A DNA stretch of 64,000 nt from Octopus vulgaris (lineage: Eukaryota): NCBI GenBank assembly GCA_951406725.2, contig OX597815.1, positions 149,668,001 to 149,732,000 on the forward strand, in the 5' to 3' direction. Both the position numbers and the translations under genes were made by a program. How positions within the stretch are numbered: position 1 is the stretch's first letter; every line of letters starts with the position of its first letter. Of the stretch, positions 55,136 through 64,000 are shown piece by piece. The notes under the pieces are model-generated. The model worked only from the letters and a program-made list of their open reading frames with translations. It did not search any database and was not told the DNA's origin.

Positions 55136-55991
55136 ATGTATATACATGTGCATATTTGTCCTACTCATTTTTTCTCCCTTCTCTGTCTGCTTCTCTCTCT
55201 CTTTCTCTCTCTCTATTACTTTCTCTCTGCCACACAAACACACACACACACTCGCACACACATGCATATTCACAGACGCACGCACACACACACATATATA
55301 TATATGTGTGTATGTACATTTATATATACATATATATATATATATGATTATTAATGTTTACTTGTTTAATTTTGAATTATGATGTATGAAAGCATCCATT
55401 AAATCTCCCCATTTCCGATACGACTTTACAGTGAGTTTTCTAGAAATTCAATAATACATCTTATATTCTTCATGTGAAAAAATAGCTTCCAATAAAATTA
55501 CTTATTTCAGCACAAGTTTACTCCAGAAAGTTAACGTATATGATAAAATTTGCAAATCTTCAATCGAAATTTCACTTAAAAAAAAATAAATCGAGAATAT
55601 ATTATGCGTAAGCATAGTCTATGTCCAAAACGTTACTATTTCTATTCTTGTTCATCAACAAAAAAAATATTAGAGGAGTGACTACTTTAAAAAATTCAAC
55701 TCAGATATATAAATATTTACATTCGTCTTTCGACTTCAATTGAATATATATAAACTTCCATTAATATGCATTATACGTTTGCAAATATTAACAGTATATA
55801 GAATTCGTCCGTAAACATTTCAAAGTGTTTTCGGTATCACCACGTATGTTTAATGTATATGCATATGTGTGTGTTTGTGTGTCTGTGTGTGTGCATCTCT
55901 GCGTGTGTTTGTCTTCATACCATACACATACACACACGTATATATATATATATATATATATAAATTTATATATATATAAATACGTAGATAC

Positions 55992-56022
<31 letters not shown>

Positions 56023-56049
56023 CATACATACATACATATATATATATAG

Positions 56050-56090
<41 letters not shown>

Positions 56091-56109
56091 TAGATAGATA
56101 GATAGATAT

Positions 56110-56157
<48 letters not shown>

Positions 56158-56992
56158 ATATACACACAGACATACTCACACACAGATACACACACACACA
56201 CACACACAAATATAAGTATATGGGTAAATAGTCACGTTTTCGATGCATGTTTTCCCCACTGAAGTACTAAAATAGAAACATGTATATGCATATATCCATC
56301 TCGATGTTAATCTGCATCACTGCTATCGCCCAGACATCCATCTACTTACTCGCTAACATGTTCTGTTCATAAAATATATTTCGTCTATAAACTAGAATAA
56401 ACGTATTGCCTATAGCAATCATATTAGCACTTCTTTTATATGTTTTCCATAAACACTTTCTCACCGAGTCTCGATATCTTTTGCTTCTTTCCTATAATAA
56501 TTCATGCGCTGATGGCTAATGTTTGTAACTTATGAAAGGACCCTGTTTCAATTGAATAAAAGCGTAATGATGAATAATATAATTTCTTTCATTTTCCTAG
56601 TGTACGAGGAGCAAACGTCTCCTGTTAAAATCAACTATAACTTTCTGCACTGTTCTACATACATAAGAATTTTGCATCCCTTAAACAAGATGGTGAACTA
56701 CCCGTGCGCTCTCTTTATTGTTTATTCAATTTAAACATGTAATATTATTATGTACAGCCTATAATTCCACATTTAACAAAGTGAACAAATATTTTTTTTC
56801 GTATAGCGCCGTAATGAAATACCAAATGACGGGGTATAAGTGATGCATAAGTCCATTCATTTATATTATTTCATATTCTGACTTCGATTCAAACAGAGGT
56901 TTGGCGTAGGCGTATCAGCATAGAAATATTTTGCTTTCATTCCAAAGTCTTCAACTTCCAACGTTTACATTTTCTTATGACTATAACGTATG

Positions 56993-57070
<78 letters not shown>

Positions 57071-57258
57071 TGCATGTTAACAGACAGCATACAGTCAACG
57101 TGGTTCCTCTTAATCAGAGAACACTACAATTGTTTTGACAGTACAGTTGTTTTATAGATATTTCTCAGCTCAACGTCCTTTTCCAGAAAATAGGTAACAA
57201 TAAGAGCATATAATCGTTTCGCAGTTATCTTCTATGTTTATTGTGGAAAGCAGTAAAT

Positions 57259-57310
<52 letters not shown>

Positions 57311-57902
57311 TGTGTCTGTGTAACTTATACTTGGATACATTTTATTAAGGTAATCATTTCAGAAACGTCAAAATCAGACGTTTAAGACGGAAATGCAACT
57401 CGGGTTTATAGTTGGTGCAAGTACCACCAACTGATATCAAGAGGAAATGCATCGTGTTTTAAAACTTAGAGAGGAACTGTAAACGAATAACACAAAACAT
57501 TTTGTCCGATGCTATCCGATTGTGTTCTAGGTCTCCACTTGAAATAAAACAACACATCTAGTTTTCCAACATCATTCTGTATATATATCTAACGTTAGTA
57601 AGCCGAAAACTGGCTATTTTCTGAAATGTATTCACTGTAATACTTTCCAAGATTATATCAGTGTTTCGGATGTTTGAATGAATAATTATTTCCATTCGTT
57701 TTGACGAAATATTACTTTGCGATAAACGTAGAATCAATATTCTGGATTATGTATCACACCATATTACACTTCTACATATAATAAAATCATTTTATCTTTT
57801 TATTAAACACGTATGCCAGTTACTAATTGAATATTTATCAACGGTAGAGTTAGTATAAATACTGAACAGAATACCATATGTGTGTATGTATGTATGTATG
57901 TG

Positions 57903-57958
<56 letters not shown>

Positions 57959-58103
57959 TTTTGCACATGTATCATCTATGTACCTATGAATATATATTTA
58001 CGCGCATATATGTATGTGCATGTATATATATATATATATATATATATGCATATACATTCATATATATATATATATATGTATATAGGTGTATATATATGTA
58101 TAT

Positions 58104-58520
58104 AGGCTGTGTGGTATGTAGGTTGCTTAGCAACCGCATGGGTCCTGGTTCAGTCCCACTGCGTGGCACTTTGGGCAAATGTCTTCTACTATAGCGTCGG
58201 GCCGACCAAAGCCTTGTCAGTGGATTTGCTAGACGGAAACTGAAACAATCCCGTCGTTTATATGTATATATATATATATAAATATGTGTGTATGTGTTTG
58301 TTTGTATGTCTGTGTTTCTACCCCAACATCGCTTGACAACCGATGCTAGTGTGTTTACATCCTCCTAACTTGGCGGTTCGGCAAAAGAAAGCAATAGAGA
58401 AAGTACTAGGCTTTCAAAGAATAAGTCCTGGGGTCGGTTTTCTCGACTAAAGGCGGTACTCCATCATGGCCGCAATCAAATGACTGAAACAAGTAAAAGA
58501 GTCAAGTAGTAAAGAGTAAG
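58104..58520 (+). mobile_element. SINE family 1
   Basis: Homology to other copies. Confidence 0.9.
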
Positions 58521-60099
58521 AGTATATACACGTGAGTGATTGTGCGCTTGAGTGCGTGTTTTGCATGTGCGTGTTTATGAATGCGTGTAAGATGAAGCAA
58601 GATGAGGGAAAGTTCAGCCTAATGAAGACGAAAGAACAGGACGGCGTTTTGCAAATTTGGTATGAGATGGTAGTCATTTTCTTTCTTTGAGTGCAGTCTC
58701 TCATTCTATGTTTTCTACTGGTGGCTTGAGAGACACTTTGAATAAATGGGTGAATATAAAGTGAAATAAAGCAAGTTTAATGTTCTCGGTGCGTGGCAAC
58801 AGTTGAGCGATTTAACCAGGTTGAATATACTGTTCAGTTACTAAAGCAAAGTTTTTAAAGTAGCAACGGATTAATCATTATACAAAATAAGGACGTGTTT
58901 AGGGCAGCATGTGAAGCGGAGAATCACAGAATTGTCGATTACGGCACAAAAGAAATTTACTTGAACCTTGCTAAAATACTATTCGAAGTGGTTTAGATTA
59001 TCAGAAATCTACTTTCGAAAGATTCATGATAAAAGATAAAAGATTTTGCAATTAGAAAAGTAGAAAACGTTTCAAATATGGATGTATAGAAAAATAAGCA
59101 ATATTTTCCATCTGACACCTTTGTTTCCTTTTGAATAAAGGATAATCTATTTTATAGTTTATAATTTTTTTTTTCTATTTTGAAGTACACATATATGGAA
59201 ACACCAAAATCTTTTAAGTAATTAGCGTATCTATGGTCCTTAATCCGGCTCTATTTTAAAGGCCCATGATATAAAGTGCTTTGAAAGAGTACAAGAAAAT
59301 TGTTTTCTATTAATAAAAGAAGCATGAAAATCATTTTGCATATGTTTATTCGTCGTGGGTCATCATAGTTGAATTATGTGCCACCAGTATCTCCAATTTT
59401 GCGGTTGATTTATGATTAAATGTTTATTTTTGGAAATATATTCCAATTTGATAAGAAAATGTTCTATTATTGTAATGTTAACCAATAAGCTGTCTTCTAG
59501 GGGATTGTAATCAACAACGACATACAGCAAGCCTCTTGTGATTTAGAAAAGAAAAACATTAATAAATGACTATATTAATAACAATGAAATTCTCAACTGA
59601 GGACATTCAAACATTAGTTGTCATGCATATTGTGTAGTATGGTGCTGTTTATTATTATTATTGTTGTTGTTGCAAATATCTCTGTGGACTTTGGAAGCTA
59701 AGTCCGCTATGTTTCAGTTCAGTACAGCAGAAACATATACAAATCATTTGGTCGATTTCCTAACCTCCTTCGTTGTATTTTCACATCTTGTATTTCTCCA
59801 GTCTTTACTAAAGTGATTGAGAGTAGTGAAGCAAATCTCAAGCAATGAATATTTGAAGCATACGATTCAGGTCATCCGTGATCAGAGGCTGAGAAATGAC
59901 CTCGACTTTCCTCTTCTCCGTTTAATGACATAAATTAGTGTAATCAATAAGCGTGCACAAACGTGCACAGGGATAGTATGATAGATACGAATATCAGTAT
60001 CATCATCGTCATCATCATCATTATCTTCATCATTATGTTATTACTATTATTCTTATTATTTTCATATACACGCAACAGATTAGACTGTTGGAAGAGAAA

Positions 60100-61400
60100 A
60101 TTATCCTAACATTGGACAACAAGTAACCTTAGAGGCCCTTCTAAATATCCTTGCTGTCCCTAATAAAACATTTTCATGGAGCTGTACTAAATTGGCTTTT
60201 ATGCCTTTTTCCTCTGTCCATCTGGTCAAATCTTTAGGGATAATTCCTAATGCACCTATAACTAATGGGATACATTTTACCCGAACTACCCATAGTCTCT
60301 GTAATCCAATGGCTACGTCCTAGTACTTAGCTATCTTATCTATACCTTTCGTATTCATTTTTTCATCTTTTGGACTGTAAAGTCAATTATCTAGCATTTT
60401 CTATTCTCTTTGTGTATTATTACTACTACTACTACTAAATCAGGCCTTCTAGCTTCTATTATTCTGTTAGTTTTTATGGTTAAGGCCTCACAACACCTTG
60501 TATTTCTCACTTTCTAGTACTTTGCTAAGTTCGTGTTCAAATCCTAGCTTTTTTATATAATTCCCATTGGATTGCACTTTCTAGATTGTCATGTTTTCCT
60601 TGTTTTCTTTCTGTGCTAGCATGCTACATCCACTTTCCATATAATTAACACATTCCTCTTTTAATTTGCATAATCTACATTGAGAATCCATCTGGTTTTT
60701 GTCTATCTTGGCTTTTAACCAATTAGTCCTTAATGCTTGATCCTCTACTGCTGCTAACAAGCTTCCTGTCTCTGTTTTCAGCTTACGTTTCTTCAACCAT
60801 AACTATGTCTCACTACTGCTATTTACTGCAACTGTCTTTGGGAATCTGCCATGCAACGCCTTCTCCTCCCAGTCAGATAATTTCTGTTCTTTTTTTTCTG
60901 GTTTTTAAGAGCGATTGGGTTTTTGGTTTCCTTATGTCTTGCTGTGACTCTATTAGCTTTTAATAAACTTTCTTCACTATTACTTACGTAAGCGTCTATA
61001 TCTACTCTAGCTAACTCCTCGCCGTCTTCTATTAATAATATTCCACTTCTACCTTCCTTTCTATGTAAGTATAATTATGCTACTCCTGCCCTTGTGTGGA
61101 GTCCTCCATCTATATTCAATTCCTTCCTAGTTCTTCTATCTAGCTTCGCTAGTTCAGTTTTCGAATCTATAAAAGCTTCTGAGTATCTCATTAATGATTC
61201 TGCCCAAATATGTACAGCCTTCACTAGATTCTGACCATTTAATCTGACTTCATTAGCTTCCTTGCCCTTCTATTGCACTCTTTCCCAACTTTTGCTTTCA
61301 TTTCTGTTGTTAGTACTCCGTCAGATTTTAATACTCTTAGGTACTTATAACTCTCTTCTAATTTCAATTTAATGCCTGGTCATCTGTGCCATGTTTTATC
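60100..61400 (-). mobile_element. R4/Dong-like retrotransposon 3' remnant
   Basis: ORF 60581-60796: LKTETGSLLAAVEDQALRTN..CRLC..SGC; downstream RPD and PLVIGALG motifs. Confidence 0.87.
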
Positions 61401-61565
61401 TGCAAATGCCTGTAATCAATGCATGAGGATGAGAATTAGGTCATAAAGACCATGAAAATATAACGTATAAAATTGTAAAATAAGACAAATTAAATTTGGG
61501 GATGAAGAAGCCTCCATGTTCTATAATGTTAAAATTACTGCTTATATATACAGACACACACACAT

Positions 61566-61600
<35 letters not shown>

Positions 61601-61963
61601 CGCACACACCCACACAAATACACACACACACACTCTCTCTCCCTCACACACACATCGTTTCTATTATATGAGAGGGTCGTAAGTCCAAAACTTTGCCTTT
61701 TCATGAAATGAAGTAGTTTCACCATTGCATAGCAAACCGTTGTACTACACTTTGACAATTGTTGATAACTTGGCATCTGAAGTAGCTGGAGATACGACAG
61801 TTTGACCAAAATAACCGGCTGTTGCAAGCAAAAATAAATATTGCAAAAACCACATTTGGCTAAATGTAGACATTTGACAGTTTAAAATAATAGCAATGCT
61901 ACACACACACATACATACCTACATACATACATATATACATATGGATATATATATATATACGCA

Positions 61964-62025
<62 letters not shown>

Positions 62026-62031
62026 TGCGTA

Positions 62032-62282
62032 TGAAGGCGTGTGCATTACTCGTTAGGATGTCTGACTCTTGATCGTAAGGAAGTGGTTTCGATTCCTGAA
62101 CCAAGTGACGCGTTGTGCTCTTGATCAAATCACTTCATTTTTCATCGTTGTTCTTACAGCTGGTAAGGAAGAGTTATCCTGCGACGGACCAGCGTCCCGT
62201 CCAGGTGAAGAATATATACGCCATGGAAATCAGGAAACCAGTACATTGAGTCTATGTGACTCGGGAAGGATCTTTACCCTTG
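62032..62282 (+). mobile_element. tRNA SINE family 3 (cctgcgacggaccagcgtcccgtccagg core)
   Basis: B-box-like ggtttcgattcc; homologous to 19608-19810. Confidence 0.75.
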
Positions 62283-62832
62283 TATATAACTAGACTAGAT
62301 ATATAAGAGAAGAATTCTTACTTTGACAGATTTGAGCTGAAATGAAGATTGATGTATTTGGAATATTACATTATTTTGCTAATACAAAATATTCTACAGC
62401 ACAGCGAATTGGCTATTCAGAAATATAATAATGTTATTAGTTTCGTTATACTGGCCACCAAATCTAAATTTGCAACAGTCTTAGTAGGAAAATTTGATAA
62501 TGGAATGTTCATATAGTTAAAGGGACAATTAATAGCCCATATTATTTCGTAACTAATGAATATTATATCTCACATAAAGACTGACGGAGAACACAATTCT
62601 TATCCAGATTAATGAAGCGTCAGTGGTATGCTAATAGCAAGACAAAATTACTATTATGTAGAAAGTATTAAGCAGGTTCATATTGGGAATATTATACTTG
62701 GTGCATCGTTAATAGACCGTGTTATTTATTCGAAGGAAGCATTCACTATCGTCATATAGATATTTACTGTTGTGACCAATGCTGCTACACGCATCCGTGT
62801 GTAATAATCGTTACAAATATTGCCACAGGGGC

Positions 62833-63182
62833 AGCCAAGTCGATTATATCGACCCCAGTGCGTAACTGGTACTTAATTTATCGACCCTTAAAGGGTGAAA
62901 GGCAAAGTCCAGCTCGCGGATTTTGAACTCAGAAGGTAAACAGGGGCGAAATACCTATTTCATTACTACCCACAAGTGGCTAAACACAGAGAGGACAAAC
63001 AAGGACAGACAAACGGATTAAGTCGATTATATCGCCCCCAGTGCGTAACTGGTACTTATTCAATCGACCCCGAAAGGATGAAAGGTAAAGTCGACCTCGG
63101 CGGAATTTGAACTTAGAAGGTAGCAGCAGACGAAATACACATTTCGCCCGGCGTGCTAACGTTTCTGCCGGCCCGCCGCCTC
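62833..63182 (-). mobile_element. SINE family 5 with two ~184-bp tandem units
   Basis: tttgaact at ~62922 and 63106; homologous to 40895-41435. Confidence 0.87.
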
Positions 63183-63718
63183 ATCCGCGTGTAATAATGA
63201 CAGACATTTTCTTTACTAAGAATTTCTAACTTTCATTCTTAGGCTTAATGGCTAAAAATGTGTTATAGTTGCTTGCCCTCAGGTCATATATAATGGAAAA
63301 TATATATCATCAAACCTATTTTTCCCCTGATCATTCAGGCCTTTTTTATGTATAGTTATATTAGCTTCTATGTTATTTCTTTATTTAAAGAAATATGTTG
63401 CCCTTATGGGTTATTCTGCTGCCAGGTTCAGGAAGAGAGTTAACGCTATTGCAAAAGGTGTGTACAAGATAATTCAAATACAAGTAGTTCTTCTGTATAT
63501 ATTTGAAATGTGTGTGATTGCCAGAGGAAGAAATTTCTAATATTCAGAAGTATCTCTTTTCCAATACTTGGATATGTTGATTCTTACATGCCACGATAGT
63601 CAAAAGGATTCGTACTTGGAATTACGACTGGTGATTCGTTGATGACGTTACGTGCATTGGCGTAGAAACAAATGCACTTGATGCTACAAAAACGTACACT
63701 ATGTAGCAGTGTATATAG

Positions 63719-63811
<93 letters not shown>

Positions 63812-63916
63812 TATACATATACATATATATGTGCATATATAAATATATATACTTATATATGCCTATATAGATATATATGTATGTATATATACATACTTAT
63901 ATACATATATATCTAC

Positions 63917-63949
<33 letters not shown>

Positions 63950-64000
63950 AAACACCACACACACACACATACACATATATATATATATATATATCTATCT

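Overview
AT-rich, repeat-saturated animal genomic DNA with no host exon I can support. The SINE repertoire and microsatellite load suggest a coleoid cephalopod such as Octopus (inference). The window holds decayed mobile elements: five R4/Dong-type RLE non-LTR retrotransposon pieces, mostly next to (TAA)n tracts; one Mag-like Ty3/gypsy LTR element with nested RTE and SINE insertions; a 1.28-kb mariner; a Tc1 pseudogene; a CR1 3' end; non-autonomous Helitrons; and about 20 tRNA-derived SINEs. Nearly all ORF-track entries are microsatellite artefacts. The main hidden signal is non-coding. About ten minimal type I hammerhead ribozyme (HHR) motifs lie in Penelope-like (PLE) terminal-repeat fragments. 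Most of these fragments sit in microsatellites, and several form outward-facing inverted repeats. Eight of the HHRs each carry a different self-complementary stem III. One HHR family has a second conserved multi-stem motif about 70 nt downstream that I cannot assign to a known RNA class.
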